Positions 1 to 10,034 of a stretch of DNA of 64,000 nt are shown one piece after another (the first letter of the stretch is position 1; each line of letters starts with the position of its first letter). The translations under genes were made by a program, and so were the position numbers. The DNA lies in contig OY970194.1 of NCBI GenBank assembly GCA_963708075.1, forward strand, positions 5,792,001-5,856,000. Reading direction: 5' to 3'. The stretch is from Sedimentisphaerales bacterium. Its GTDB lineage: Bacteria > Planctomycetota > Phycisphaerae > Sedimentisphaerales > Anaerobacaceae. Below the pieces are notes generated by a model. That model was not told the origin of the DNA and did no database searches. It saw only the letters and a program-made list of their open reading frames with translations.

Positions 1-130
1 GTTCTCCTCGGCCTCACTCAACGATTGTCCACTTATGACTCTACCGATTGGCATAGCACCAGATTATCCATTTCCCGCAAAACTGCAAGGCGAACCTACG
101 ACGGGCCACTTGCGCGTACAATGTAGTGCT

Positions 131-222
131 GGGTGGCAGCGTCAAGCGCAGCTTGGCGATGGCGTTAGTCGTACACGGAGAAACCAATCGCCAAGGCCTT
201 CAGCCTTGACAATGCCACCCGG
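131..222. repeat. ~90-bp palindromic REP/MITE-like element, GGGTGGCAGC...TGCCACCC family (copy A)
   Basis: GGGTGGCAGCGTCAAGCGCAGCTTGGCGATGG ... ATCGCCAAGGCCTTCAGCCTTGACAATGCCACCC, with inverted arms; near-identical copies at 2773 and 50483. Confidence 0.85.
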
Positions 223-253
223 CAAGTTCCATGATTACTGTACGACGGGCCTG

Positions 254-2603
254 CTACTGCGGGTTCGCGGTGTAACGCTCGTATTCGGCGCGGGTATCCA
301 CCAGTTCGAGGTCGCCGCCGCCCCAGGGGTTCTCGCCGGTGAAGTTGGTCGTGTTGTACGCGGGGCTGTCGATCCTGCCCTCGGTGCCCTGAATTCCCCA
401 GGAATCCGTCTGGTAGACTCGCGCCCCTTCGTTTTCCGCGACCCAGGTGCCCTGGCCGAGCGTGGTCTGGCTCCACATCTGGCTGGTGTAGTCACGGCTG
501 CGGCTGGCGTTCTGCAGGCTGTCCATGTAGCCGTCGAACGCCTGATTCGACTCGGAAATCGATCTCTGCAGATTGCGGTTCGCTTGTTGCTGGCGGACTG
601 CACGACCCTGCATTTCCTGGCCCATCCATTGCTGGTTGATTTGCAGCGCCTTTTCGAGCCGCACATACAGGGGCAGCCACTCATCATACTCGTTCTCGGG
701 CGCCCAACTGCCGGCTACGGAGACCGACCAGACCGGACTCATGGATATGCTTGTGCACTGGACGGAGAACAACCCGCGCAGCGTCGTTCCCGTGGGGACG
801 TTCTTGAACTTGGCGTGGATCAGGCGTGTATCGACCTGACAGCCCTGGGCGCGCATTTGCTGGGCTGCCTGCGCGAGCTCCGGTGACATCTGCTCCGCCG
901 GACACTCGCTGAGAACCTGCACCTCCCGGCTGGTTTGACCGGACTCCAGCACGAGACTCAGCGCCCTCGCCGGCGGCTGGTAGGGCGCATTGATGGCGCC
1001 CGGAACCGCAAACTGCGTCGGGATGATTGTATGCATCACGAAGGCCATGCCGTGCGTGCGGGTCTGGGGATTGTCAACGCAGATGAATTGCGTCTTCTGA
1101 CCCTCGATATTCCACCCCTGCGGGATTTGCAGGGTCAGGGATTGGTCTGCCAGCGCGGCCGGCTGGAGCGGAACCTGCCTGCCGGGCCGCTGGGCGGCCT
1201 GCTGGATCATGGCCGCCGGTGAGAGAGTCGATCCACCGGCGACGGGCGTCTGGTTCGCAAGCTGACGGCTTTGCTGAATCACGTTCACCGCTCCTTGCGG
1301 CGCGTACGCCAGATTCGCCGCAATCGCTGTCAGCGTGGGACGAAGCTCGTTCCACATCTGGGCCTTGGCCAGCAGAAGGTAGATAGTCCCCATGTTCTGC
1401 GTGTAGAAGAAGTAGCTGCGCCCGATGCCCACCTCTCCATCTGCCATCAGTGTCACGTCCGCAATCGTGCGTCCCCGGTCGGGCGTCGAATTCACATTGG
1501 TCGCCTGCAGAGTCGGGAACTCTTCCTGCAAGGCCGCAAGGCACTTGGCTGCCAACACGACGGAGTCTTTGATCTCTTCGCTCACCTGAAGCGTCATGAA
1601 CAGGGCGACGGCGTTCTCCTGCGGCTCCGTCACGACGACCGCGTAGGTGCCCTGGCCGAACATGCTGCCCTCGGTCACTTTCCAGTCTTTCGGCCTGAAG
1701 AGCAGTACCTTGCCGTCCGGAGACTGGTATTTCTCCAGGGCCGGCTGATCGGCGGCAACGGGTGCCACTGGTGGATTCTGTTCGGCCGCCGCAGGCGCTG
1801 CGATCTTCTCGCCGCACGCGGGACAGAATTTGGCGCCCGCCGGGAGTTTGGTGTTGCACTTGGGACAATTCGTCGGTGCTGTCAGTTCGGGGAGCTTGGC
1901 GCCGCATTGCGGGCAGAACTTCGCGCCTGCATCTGCCGGCGCGCCGCACTGGGGACAGCGGATCTTCCCGGCGGCGTTCGGTCCTGACGTAAGCGCCGGC
2001 TCCTGCGCCGGCGACCTCTGTGCAGGTCTGACATTCGTCGAGGCAAGTGTGGCGGTCAACTCCTGCCCACCCGCCTGCATTTGCTGACGCACCGGCCCGA
2101 TTCCCTCCGCATAGCAGGTGATCGAGACCATCGGTGGTTGGCCGGGCATGGTGGTCGCCGTCGAACGGACCTTGATACAATCGAACGTGCCCGCGGGCGT
2201 CTCGATCCGTTCCTTGCCGGCCGACTCGAAGTTCGTGGTCACGGACATGCCGAACTGGTCCACCGTGGAGGTCCACGTGTCGCCCTCCCGGTAGGGCAGC
2301 TTGACGCGCATCACCGGCGGGTCGTAGCGGAATTCCTGCCCCTGCGCCTGGCCCATGTAGGTCTTGAGCCCTTGGGCATCGGCGGCAAGATACTCCCGGC
2401 TGATTTGTCCGCCCATGTTCGTCTCGGCAATCGCACAGCGGACCGCCCCGACGTCGGCGAACCCGGAGATCGTCGTGGTGATCTGCGCCATTGGACATGG
2501 TGTAGGTCCACTGATTCCCTTCCTGGAGCGGAAGCAAGTCCGCTGCCGCGGCCATCGAAATGGAGAGAATCGACAAAGCTGCCCCAATTCCCATCGTGCT
2601 CAT
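254..2603 (-). CDS. Secreted protein with double zinc-ribbon domain (apparent frameshift at ~2485)
   Basis: 777-aa ORF with four CxxC pairs (CPQC...CPQC...CPKC...CPAC). The signal-peptide-like N-terminus (MSTMGIGAALSILSISMAAAADLLPLQEGNQWTY, GGAGGG RBS, ATG 2603) lies in another frame and joins at GGCGCAG. Confidence 0.7.
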
Positions 2604-2733
2604 GCTGCCCTCCAGATAAACCATGATAAGAGACGTCCGTTTGCCGAATTGTGTCACACTGCCACACGCATGATAGAAGGCGGGCGAATACCCGTCAAGA
2701 CCAAACCACATCACATCTGGCCGCTGGCCGGGG

Positions 2734-2863
2734 TGTACGACAAGATTGTGGCAGAGCGAGGATGAGACTCTTGGGTGGCAGCGTCAAGCGCAGCTTGGCG
2801 ATGGCCTGCCTCGGACGCAGCATAACCATCGCCAAGGCCTTCGGCCTTGACGCTGCCACCCGG
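2734..2863. repeat. GGGTGGCA-family palindromic repeat with conserved upstream leader (copy B)
   Basis: TGTACGACAAGATTGTGGCA leader, then the ~90-bp inverted-arm core; the same leader and core occur at 50446-50571 and 51598-51700. Confidence 0.8.
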
Positions 2864-2968
2864 ATCGAGTGCCACTTTCTTGTCGTGCACCCTCTGGCCG
2901 AGGGCTCAGGGCAGGCAAAGTGCGGCTGCGGAAAGGTGCTCGCGGCACAGAGTGAAAAGTGTGGGAAT

Positions 2969-3598
2969 TCAGGCTTCGACGCCTTGCTTGAGACGATAGA
3001 CAAGCGGGACGAGGGCTTCGGCGGTCTGGACATCCGGGTGTTTGCGCTCGGCCAGCTCGATCAGCTCCATCGCCTCGTTGCGTTTCTCGCCCCAGGCGAC
3101 GAGGATCTCCAGCGCCTCGGCCTGGTACGGTTTGAATCGCGTCTGAGCAGCCCGGGCCGGCTCGGCCCCGATGGCGAATCCCTGGAGCTTGCCCTTGAGC
3201 TCGGCGACGACCTGCTGAGCCATCCGCCGCCCGATGGACGGCAGCGTCATCAGCATTTTTTCGTCGCCCGCTTCCACGGCGGCGGCAATGTCCGCAATCG
3301 GGATACTCAACGCGCGCAAGCCCTTGCGGACGCCAAGGCCCTTGACACTGATGAACGTGGTGAAGAACTCCCGCTCGGCCGGACTGAGAAAGCCGACCAT
3401 GCGAGGGACGAGGTTCCCTCCGCCCAGGCTGCCCTCGTAATACTCCATCGTGCACAGCGCGATATCCGAGCCGATCAGGCCCGACAAGGCACTGACGCAA
3501 TAGCCGGGCAGCATGACTTCATAGGTGATTGCCCCGACTTGGATCAGGGCGGTTTCCGTATCTAGCTTAACGAGTTTTCCTTCGATTCCTGCAATCAT
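2969..3598 (-). CDS. ruvA: Holliday junction branch migration protein RuvA
   Basis: MIAGIEGKL..GAITYEV; FLSPAEREFFTTFISVKGLGVRKGL and LPSIGRRMAQQVVAELKGK HhH motifs; C-terminal EALEILVAWG; close to ruvC. Confidence 0.93.
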   Translation of the reverse strand: MIAGIEGKLVKLDTETALIQVGAITYEVMLPGYCVSALSGLIGSDIALCTMEYYEGSLGGGNLVPRMVGFLSPAEREFFTTFISVKGLGVRKGLRALSIPIADIAAAVEAGDEKMLMTLPSIGRRMAQQVVAELKGKLQGFAIGAEPARAAQTRFKPYQAEALEILVAWGEKRNEAMELIELAERKHPDVQTAEALVPLVYRLKQGVEA

Positions 3599-3655
3599 CA
3601 GGCGTATCTCACCTTCTGGGTACTCCAGCATGTCCGGGAACGTTCGCCGTCGGGA

Positions 3656-3853
3656 TCAGGTCGCTGCCAACTGGTAGGTGAATTCTGTGACGTTCATCTG
3701 CTCTTTGGCATGCTCGATCGTCATACTTACCAATCGGCCCTGTGCATCCAGCTCCACCAAGATGTTCTCGGTCAAGTCCCGCGTCTCGACGATCTTTCGG
3801 TCGCTGAAACTCACCAGAAGGGTATCGGTGTCCGGAAAGTACTTAATGTTCAT
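3656..3853 (-). CDS. DUF2283-family protein (putative antitoxin)
   Basis: MNIKYFPDTDTLLVSFSDRKIVETRDLTENILVELDAQGRLVSMTIEHA matches the DUF2283 pattern; overlaps the upstream small gene. Confidence 0.85.
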   Translation of the reverse strand: MNIKYFPDTDTLLVSFSDRKIVETRDLTENILVELDAQGRLVSMTIEHAKEQMNVTEFTYQLAAT

Positions 3854-4100
3854 CGTTCACCTCATGGAATGACCGGTCAAAGAATGCGTTATGAACGGTC
3901 TGGCCGTCTTCCAACAGTACGACGCGTAACACTCTGCCGCCCGCCTCAGGAATCCTGGCCCATCGCCGGATTCTCCCATCGGCTTGTACATACTCCTTGA
4001 TCGGTCTGGCTACGGCGCACTCGATCCAATCCAATTGAATACCCTTGCGATCCTCGCGGCTGCGAACGTGCAGAAAATATTGTGTGAACTTCAGCGACAT
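3843..4100 (-). CDS. Small RelE/BrnT-fold (DUF4258-like) putative toxin
   Basis: 85 aa with QADGRIRRW...GRVLRVVLLEDGQTVHNAFFDRSF, typical of DUF2283 partners; overlaps the DUF2283 gene. Confidence 0.75.
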   Translation of the reverse strand: MSLKFTQYFLHVRSREDRKGIQLDWIECAVARPIKEYVQADGRIRRWARIPEAGGRVLRVVLLEDGQTVHNAFFDRSFHEVNDEH

Positions 4101-4104
4101 ACGG

Positions 4105-4593
4105 TTACGTCGGCACAGCTCTCTGCATGGAATTCGCACAGCAAAGGGCGACGGCCATGGCGTCGGCCACGTCGGGCGGCTTGGGCAACTCGCTCATGCC
4201 GAGAAAGGTCTGCATGGTCCTTTGCATCTGTTCCTTCGAGGCCCTGCCGCTGCCCGTGATCGACTTCTTGATCCGGGTGGCGGCAAAGCTCTTCACTTCG
4301 ACCCGCGCCCGGGCACACTTCTGAAGTATAACGCCGCGGGCGTGGCCCATCAAGATCGCCGTGCGCGGATGCGCGTAATGCGAGTACAACTCCTCGACCG
4401 CCACGACATCCGGGGAGAACCGGTCGAGGATCGTCTCAATGTCCTCGGCGATCTGGTTCAGCCGGGCTTCAAGGGGCAGGTCCTCCGTCGTCTTGAAGAC
4501 GCCGGCTTCCACGATAACCTCCCGGTTGCCGTCGGTCTCCAAACAGGCATAGCCGCAGACTTGCAGACCCGGGTCAATACCGAGAACTCGCAT
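4105..4593 (-). CDS. ruvC: Crossover junction endodeoxyribonuclease RuvC
   Basis: MRVLGIDPGL, VAVEELY, MGHARGVI, IKKSITGSGRASKEQM and DVADAMAVALC motifs. Confidence 0.96.
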   Translation of the reverse strand: MRVLGIDPGLQVCGYACLETDGNREVIVEAGVFKTTEDLPLEARLNQIAEDIETILDRFSPDVVAVEELYSHYAHPRTAILMGHARGVILQKCARARVEVKSFAATRIKKSITGSGRASKEQMQRTMQTFLGMSELPKPPDVADAMAVALCCANSMQRAVPT

Positions 4594-4607
4594 GGAATTT
4601 GCGACGG

Positions 4608-4690
4608 ACGATTTACGATTTACTGCTGAATCGGCCATCAACCGGCGACTCTCCCAAAATCATAAATCGTAAATCGCAAATCGTAGATGT
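4608..4690. repeat. Inverted heptamer tandem arrays (ACGATTT / AAATCGT)
   Basis: GACGATTTACGATTTAC ... AAATCATAAATCGTAAATCGCAAATCGTAGAT in the cysS-ruvC intergenic region. Confidence 0.75.
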
Positions 4691-4693
4691 CAA

Positions 4694-6187
4694 TCACTTC
4701 CACCTCCATTTCGTGCCCTCGGGTGTGTCTTCGAGCACGATCCCGGCTTCCTCCAGCTTTGCCCGGACGGCGTCGGCCCTGGCGAAATCCTTGGCCTTTC
4801 GAGCCTCCGCCCGCTGGGCGATCAGGATGCCGACCAGCTTGTCGATCGCCGCCTCATCCACGCCGGCGGCTCTCGTATCCTCCTCGACCACGACGCCCAG
4901 GACCTCGCCGCCGAGCTGGGTGAACATCTGGTTGACGGCGGCAAGCGTCTCCCTCGCCGCTTTCCTGTTTTCGAGCAGACTGTTCGCCAGTCGCACCAGG
5001 TCAAACAGCACGGATAGAGCAATCGAGGTGTTCAGATCGTCGTTCATGGCCTGTTCGAATTTGGCCTTGGCCTGATCGAGCTGCGCGAGGACACCCTTGT
5101 CTGCATCGCCTTGCGGCGCTGAGTCGATCTGCTTTCGCAAGGCCCGGACGGCCTCGCTGATCTTCTGATGGCCGCTGTGGGCGGCGAACAGGGCGGCGTC
5201 GGAGAAGTCCAGCGGGCTGCGATAGTGGCTGTTCAGGACGAGCTGCCGGACCGCCAGCGGCTCGTATGCCCGCGTCAGTCGCTCGTGATCTCCCACGAAA
5301 ACCTGCTTGAGCGTGATGAAGTTGCCCAGGCTCTTGCCCATCTTCTGGCCGTCCACGGTGACCATATTGTTGTGCACCCAGTAGCGGACGAATGACACGC
5401 CGTGGGCGGCCTCGGACTGGGCGATCTCGCACTCGTGGTGCGGGAATTTGTTCTCCATGCCGCCGCCGTGAATGTCGAAAGGCTGGCCCAGATACTTCGT
5501 GCTCATGGCCGAGCATTCGAGGTGCCAGCCGGGATAGCCCATCCCCCAGGGGCTGGGCCATTGCATGATGTGGTTTGGCTCGGCCTTCTTCCACAGCGCG
5601 AAATCGACAGGATTCCTCTTCTCCTGCGAGACCTCGACGCGAGCGCCGGCCATCATCTCCTCGGTGTTGCGGCCGGAGAGCTTGCCGTACCCGGGGAACT
5701 TCGAGACATCGAAGTACACGGAGCCGTTCACCTCGTAGGCGAAGCCCTTGGCCAGCAGGGTCTTGACCAGCTCGATCTGCTCGATGATGTGGCCGCTGGC
5801 CCGCGGGCTGATGTCCGGCCGGACGCAATTGAGCTTGTCCATGTCCTCGAAGTAGCTGCGCGTGTAGTACTCCGCCAGGGCCATCGGGTGCTTTCGCTCC
5901 TTCACGGCCGCCTTGGCGATCTTGTCCTCGCCCGCATCGGCGTCGTCGGTCAGGTGCCCCACGTCCGTGATATTCTGCACGTACGTGACGCTGTAGCCGA
6001 GGTACCGCAGATATCGCACGAGCACATCGAAGCTGACGTAGCTCTTGGCATGGCCCAGGTGCGCGTGCCCATACACCGTCGGTCCGCAGACATAGACCCC
6101 GATCCGCTTCTCCGCCAGCGGCACAAACTCCTCCGTCCGCCTGGTCAGACTATTATAAAGTTGTAGCCCCATATGGTCCTTTGACAC
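4694..6187 (-). CDS. cysS: Cysteine--tRNA ligase
   Basis: YVCGPTVYGHAHLGH (HIGH), DFALWK, GYPGWHLECSAM, DIHGGG, FPHHECE and KMGKS (KMSKS) motifs. Confidence 0.98.
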   Translation of the reverse strand: MSKDHMGLQLYNSLTRRTEEFVPLAEKRIGVYVCGPTVYGHAHLGHAKSYVSFDVLVRYLRYLGYSVTYVQNITDVGHLTDDADAGEDKIAKAAVKERKHPMALAEYYTRSYFEDMDKLNCVRPDISPRASGHIIEQIELVKTLLAKGFAYEVNGSVYFDVSKFPGYGKLSGRNTEEMMAGARVEVSQEKRNPVDFALWKKAEPNHIMQWPSPWGMGYPGWHLECSAMSTKYLGQPFDIHGGGMENKFPHHECEIAQSEAAHGVSFVRYWVHNNMVTVDGQKMGKSLGNFITLKQVFVGDHERLTRAYEPLAVRQLVLNSHYRSPLDFSDAALFAAHSGHQKISEAVRALRKQIDSAPQGDADKGVLAQLDQAKAKFEQAMNDDLNTSIALSVLFDLVRLANSLLENRKAARETLAAVNQMFTQLGGEVLGVVVEEDTRAAGVDEAAIDKLVGILIAQRAEARKAKDFARADAVRAKLEEAGIVLEDTPEGTKWRWK

Positions 6188-6211
6188 ATATCAATTGATC
6201 AGACACGGAAA

Positions 6212-6616
6212 TCACTGGTTACTTTCACCGGCCAGGCTATGTCCTATCTGGTCATAAATACTCCTGGCAACTTCGAAGAACTCCCGTACATCCGCAAGCG
6301 TTGGTTTGCCGGCGGGAAGCAGACCCAATTCGCCGGGGTACCTGGCCTCGATGTAGAGATCATCCAGATCAGTCAGAACACTTATATCTACGGTCACTGA
6401 AGTCAACTCTTTGACCAAGCCGTACAGCCTTAGCGTCGAGTGGTCCTTCGGCACCTTCTTCAAATGTTCTTCGAGGACGGCCTTGAAACATTTCTCGACG
6501 CATTGTTGAGCGTGAAAGGCAGCGACGGGGGTCAGATGCTCCAGATCGATGATTTGGGCGATGTTGTCAAGGTCCATTTCCGCGGATTTCAGCCACTCAG
6601 CAGTTGCCTTCTTCAT
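6212..6616 (-). CDS. HEPN domain protein (HEPN/MNT pair)
   Basis: WLKSAEMDL, AFHAQQCVEKCFKAVL, PKDH and YIEARYP, typical of HEPN; 4-bp overlap with the MNT gene. Confidence 0.88.
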   Translation of the reverse strand: MKKATAEWLKSAEMDLDNIAQIIDLEHLTPVAAFHAQQCVEKCFKAVLEEHLKKVPKDHSTLRLYGLVKELTSVTVDISVLTDLDDLYIEARYPGELGLLPAGKPTLADVREFFEVARSIYDQIGHSLAGESNQ

Positions 6617-6960
6617 AGTAGTCGTGTCCCCTCGCTCATGATTTGGCGGGCAAAGCTGCTGCCTCTCTTGATGAACTCGCGGTGCATGGGACGGGTGTGC
6701 ACCAGCAGATCGATAGGGAAGCGCATCCGCAGGTCAAGGATTCGATCAGAGACGTTCCGGACGATGTCGCGTTTCTGCCGCCACGTGGAGGGCACAAAAT
6801 CGTCCTGCGTTACGACATAGAGATCGATATCACTGTCTTCCCCCGGATGCCCCCACGCATAGCTACCGAAGAGAATCACCGTTTCAGGGTGCAACGGCTT
6901 CAGCGCCTCGCTGATCTGAATTCGCAGTTCATCCGAGAGTTTTGTGGCGTCTCTGATCAT
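6613..6960 (-). CDS. Minimal nucleotidyltransferase (MNT)
   Basis: VILFGSYAWGHPGEDSDIDLYVV (GS...DxD) motif; 115 aa; directly upstream of the HEPN gene. Confidence 0.9.
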   Translation of the reverse strand: MIRDATKLSDELRIQISEALKPLHPETVILFGSYAWGHPGEDSDIDLYVVTQDDFVPSTWRQKRDIVRNVSDRILDLRMRFPIDLLVHTRPMHREFIKRGSSFARQIMSEGTRLL

Positions 6961-7036
6961 GGATGTATCTTACCGATGAAATCGCGGTCGGTCAACCACC
7001 GTGCGGGCTGCGTCGGGTTCTCCGCCGGCGTGTGGA

Positions 7037-7552
7037 CTATAACGTCCGGCGGGGCTTCTTGCGGAGCAGGGCGATGGCGGTGGCGGCCATGGCGTCGCCG
7101 GCGCCGATCTCGCCGAGACCCTCGTTGGTCTTGGCCTTGACATTGACCGCCTGAAAGTCCATGCCCAGCAGCCCCGCAATGCACCGGCGGATCTGGCCCT
7201 TCAGCGGGCCCAGCTTCGGGGCCTCCGCGTGGATCGTCAGGTCCACGTTCACCACCTCCCATTGCTTCTTGTCGAGTTGCTCCTTGACCGTGTACAGGAA
7301 GATCTTGCTGTCGGCGTCCTTCCACTGCACGTCGGTGTCGGGGAACAGGGTCCCAATATCGCCCATGCCCGCGGCCCCGAGCAGGGCATCGACGATGGCG
7401 TGGAGGGCCACGTCGCCGTCGCTGTGGCCGAGCAAGCCCGCCGGATACGGGATGTGGACGCCGCCCAGCATGAGCTTTCGGCCTTCGACCATCCGGTGGA
7501 TGTCGTTGCCGATGCCGACCCGGTATTCCGCTGGCTTGAATTCCTCGATCAC
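7037..7552 (-). CDS. ispF: 2-C-methyl-D-erythritol 2,4-cyclodiphosphate synthase
   Basis: RVGIGNDIH, LGGVHI, GHSDGDVALHAIVDALLGA, GDIG and VNVKAKTNEGLG; GTG start overlaps the hisB stop (GTGA). Confidence 0.96.
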   Translation of the reverse strand: MIEEFKPAEYRVGIGNDIHRMVEGRKLMLGGVHIPYPAGLLGHSDGDVALHAIVDALLGAAGMGDIGTLFPDTDVQWKDADSKIFLYTVKEQLDKKQWEVVNVDLTIHAEAPKLGPLKGQIRRCIAGLLGMDFQAVNVKAKTNEGLGEIGAGDAMAATAIALLRKKPRRTL

Positions 7553-8139
7553 AACTGCCCCTTTGTGCTGGGGATCTCCGTTCCGACGATTCGCACGGCC
7601 GCCGCCATCGCTTGGCCGAGGGCCTTGAAAATCGCCTCGGCGATGTGATGGTTGTTCGTGCCGTATGGGACGTTCACGTGCAGGTTGAACTTGCCGCTGT
7701 TCGAGAACGCCCGCAGGAATTCCTCGATGCACTCGACATCGAAATCGCCGATCTTGCCCGAGCGGTACTCGACGTTATAAACGCACACCGGCCGGCCGGA
7801 CAAATCCAGCGAGATATTGGCCAATGCGTCCTCCATCGGCACGGAGCTGTGACCGTAGCGGGCGATGCCCTTCTTATCGCCGACCGCCTCGACCAGGCAG
7901 TCGCCCAGGCAGATGCCGATGTCCTCGGTCGTGTGGTGCGCGTCGATGTGCAGGTCGCCTTTGGCCTTGACCACCAGGTCGATCTTGCCGTGCTTGCTCA
8001 GATGGGTGAGCATGTGGTCGAGGAACCCGACGCCGGTATCGATCTCGTACGTGCCCACGCCGTCGAGGTTGAGCTCGCAGCGAATGTCGGTTTCTTTCGT
8101 CTGCCTGTGCATTTCCGCTGTGCGATTTTCCATTTTCAT
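7549..8139 (-). CDS. hisB: Imidazoleglycerol-phosphate dehydratase
   Basis: RQTKETDI, TGVGFLDHML, GDLHIDAHHTTED, NNHHIAEAIFKA and IPSTKG. Confidence 0.97.
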   Translation of the reverse strand: MKMENRTAEMHRQTKETDIRCELNLDGVGTYEIDTGVGFLDHMLTHLSKHGKIDLVVKAKGDLHIDAHHTTEDIGICLGDCLVEAVGDKKGIARYGHSSVPMEDALANISLDLSGRPVCVYNVEYRSGKIGDFDVECIEEFLRAFSNSGKFNLHVNVPYGTNNHHIAEAIFKALGQAMAAAVRIVGTEIPSTKGQL

Positions 8140-8185
8140 GCGTCCAAGCCGTAGACTCTTTACTTTTCAGATCATCGATATCCAT

Positions 8186-8223
8186 CCGGGTGGCAGCGTC
8201 AAGGCCGCAGGCCTTGGCGATGG
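8186..8223. repeat. Half copy of the GGGTGGCA-family repeat
   Basis: CCGGGTGGCAGCGTCAAGGCCGCAGGCCTTGGCGATGG is the reverse complement of the right arm of copy E and differs by one base from that of copy B. Confidence 0.8.
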
Positions 8224-8249
8224 GTCCGCCGCGAGTGCCTTCACTCTAC

Positions 8250-9326
8250 TCATGATTTCTCCCCGCCACTCGACAGGATTTCCTTCAGGGCCTCGATCAA
8301 CTTCTCATTCTGCTCTTTCGTGCCGACGCTGATTCGCAGCTTATCGCTGATCCCCGGGGCGTTCCAGTACCGGACAAAGATACTGCGCTGAGCCAGTAAT
8401 TCCTGGATGCGTGCCGCCTGTACGGGCGAAACATCTTTCGTCCGCACCTGGGCAAAGACGAAGTTGGATTGGCTGTCGCCGACGACAAAGCCAAGCGCTC
8501 GCAGCCGTTCTGTGAGCACTCGGCGCTCCTGCTTGATCTTCTCCACGTTCTCGCGGAAATACGCCTGGTCCTTGATCGCGGCCGTGGCCAGGGCAATCGC
8601 GACGGCATCGACGTTGTACGAGTCCTTCACCTTGACGAGGCCGTCAATCAGGTCCTTGTGCGCGATTGCATAGCCGAACCGCAGCCCGGCCAGCGAATAG
8701 CCCTTGCTCAGCGACCGCAACACGATCACGTTATCAAAGTTCCGCGTGAGCGACACGCAATTGAACTCCGCGAAATCAGCATACGCCTCGTCGATGAGCA
8801 AGACCCCGCGAAGCTCCGCGGCCAGCGACGCCAGTTCCGCGGCAGGCACGCACGTCCCGGTCGGTGCGTTCGGATTGCACACGATGGTCAGCGCCGCCCC
8901 CGTCTGGGTGAGCGACGCCGGCAGATTGAACTCCTCGTCGAATTCGACCTCGATGGCATCGCAGTTCTCCAGCTTCGCCAGCACCGGATACAGCGAATAC
9001 GTCGGCACAGGGTACGCCAGCGGCCGTTTCTCGTCGCAGAAGGCCCGCACGGCGATGGACAGCAGGTCGTCGCCGCCGTTGCAGCACATGATATTGTCCG
9101 GCGTCACGTCGTGCAGGTCGGCCGCCGCCTCGCGAAAGGAAGTCCCCAGCGGGTCCGGATACCGCCGAAGCTGTTCCGGCCGAATTGCGGCCAGCGCCTC
9201 CATCACCCGCGGCGACGGTGGATACGGGTTCTCATTCGTATTGAGCTTGACCACCTCCGCCGCCTTCGGCTGAAACCCCGGCGTATACCCCGCCGCCCGC
9301 TCCACATTGTCACGAAAATAACTCAC
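8250..9326 (-). CDS. hisC: Histidinol-phosphate aminotransferase
   Basis: KLNTNENPY, RYPDP, NGGDD, CNPNAPTG, IDEAY and RSLSKGYSLAGLRFGY; GTG start with GGAG RBS; upstream of hisB. Confidence 0.96.
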   Translation of the reverse strand: MSYFRDNVERAAGYTPGFQPKAAEVVKLNTNENPYPPSPRVMEALAAIRPEQLRRYPDPLGTSFREAAADLHDVTPDNIMCCNGGDDLLSIAVRAFCDEKRPLAYPVPTYSLYPVLAKLENCDAIEVEFDEEFNLPASLTQTGAALTIVCNPNAPTGTCVPAAELASLAAELRGVLLIDEAYADFAEFNCVSLTRNFDNVIVLRSLSKGYSLAGLRFGYAIAHKDLIDGLVKVKDSYNVDAVAIALATAAIKDQAYFRENVEKIKQERRVLTERLRALGFVVGDSQSNFVFAQVRTKDVSPVQAARIQELLAQRSIFVRYWNAPGISDKLRISVGTKEQNEKLIEALKEILSSGGEKS

Positions 9327-9466
9327 GGATTTCTCCAACAAACCTGTTCGTGCGGTGATTATACGGGCAACCGGACGCAAATCAAAGCAGTATCGCCTTC
9401 GGCATGCCTTCCGGGTGGCGAGCCGGAACGATTGCCGACTGGATTGCCCACGCGTGGGCAACGTAG

Positions 9467-9472
9467 TATAAT
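9467..9472 (+). promoter_or_regulatory. Putative sigma70 -10 box of hicB-hicA
   Basis: Consensus TATAAT 18 nt before the hicB ATG; no clear -35 identified. Confidence 0.45.
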
Positions 9473-9490
9473 AGGGTTAAAGGGTAGCCT

Positions 9491-9691
9491 ATGAAAATTG
9501 AGATCGAACGAGAAGACGATGGCCGGTGGATAGCCGAGGTGCCGGACCTGCCCGGCGTCTTGGTTTACGGCAAGAGCAAAGAGGAAGCGATTTCCAGAGT
9601 CAAGGCGCTGGCCTTGCGTGTCCTGGCGGACCGCCTTGACAATGGTGAGGAAATCCCGGAGCTCCGTGCCGTCTTCGCGATATCCGCATGA
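9491..9691 (+). CDS. hicB: HicB-family antitoxin
   Basis: IEIEREDDGRWIAEVPDLPGVLVYGKSKEEA partial RNase H-fold motif. Confidence 0.9.
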   Translation: MKIEIEREDDGRWIAEVPDLPGVLVYGKSKEEAISRVKALALRVLADRLDNGEEIPELRAVFAISA

Positions 9692-9903
9692 GTCAGTGGC
9701 CATCAACGAGAGCACGCTTGGTGCTTGCCGCCCTTCTGCACATCGGGTGGGTCGTCAAACGCCAGTCGGGTACGTCGCACCGAGTGCTTAGCCGCCCGGG
9801 CTGGCCTGACGTTGTTTTTGCATTTCATGATCGTGACGAGATCGGTCCACAGATGCTGTCACGAATAGCCAAACACACGGGTCTGAAGCCCGACGACCTG
9901 TGA
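9688..9903 (+). CDS. hicA: HicA-family toxin
   Basis: LLHIGWVVKRQSGTSHRVL...FAFHDRDEIGPQMLSRIAKHTGL; ATGA overlap with hicB. Confidence 0.88.
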   Translation: MSQWPSTRARLVLAALLHIGWVVKRQSGTSHRVLSRPGWPDVVFAFHDRDEIGPQMLSRIAKHTGLKPDDL

Positions 9904-10034
9904 TAGCAGAGCCAGAGGCAGGACCTGACCTCAGCGTCTGTGAAAGCAGTGACATCTATGAACGCTACACTCAATTCCTGACCGAATAAGTAAGGCGTCC
10001 CGGAATTCCCCAGTTCCGCCCCCGGGACTCCCCG

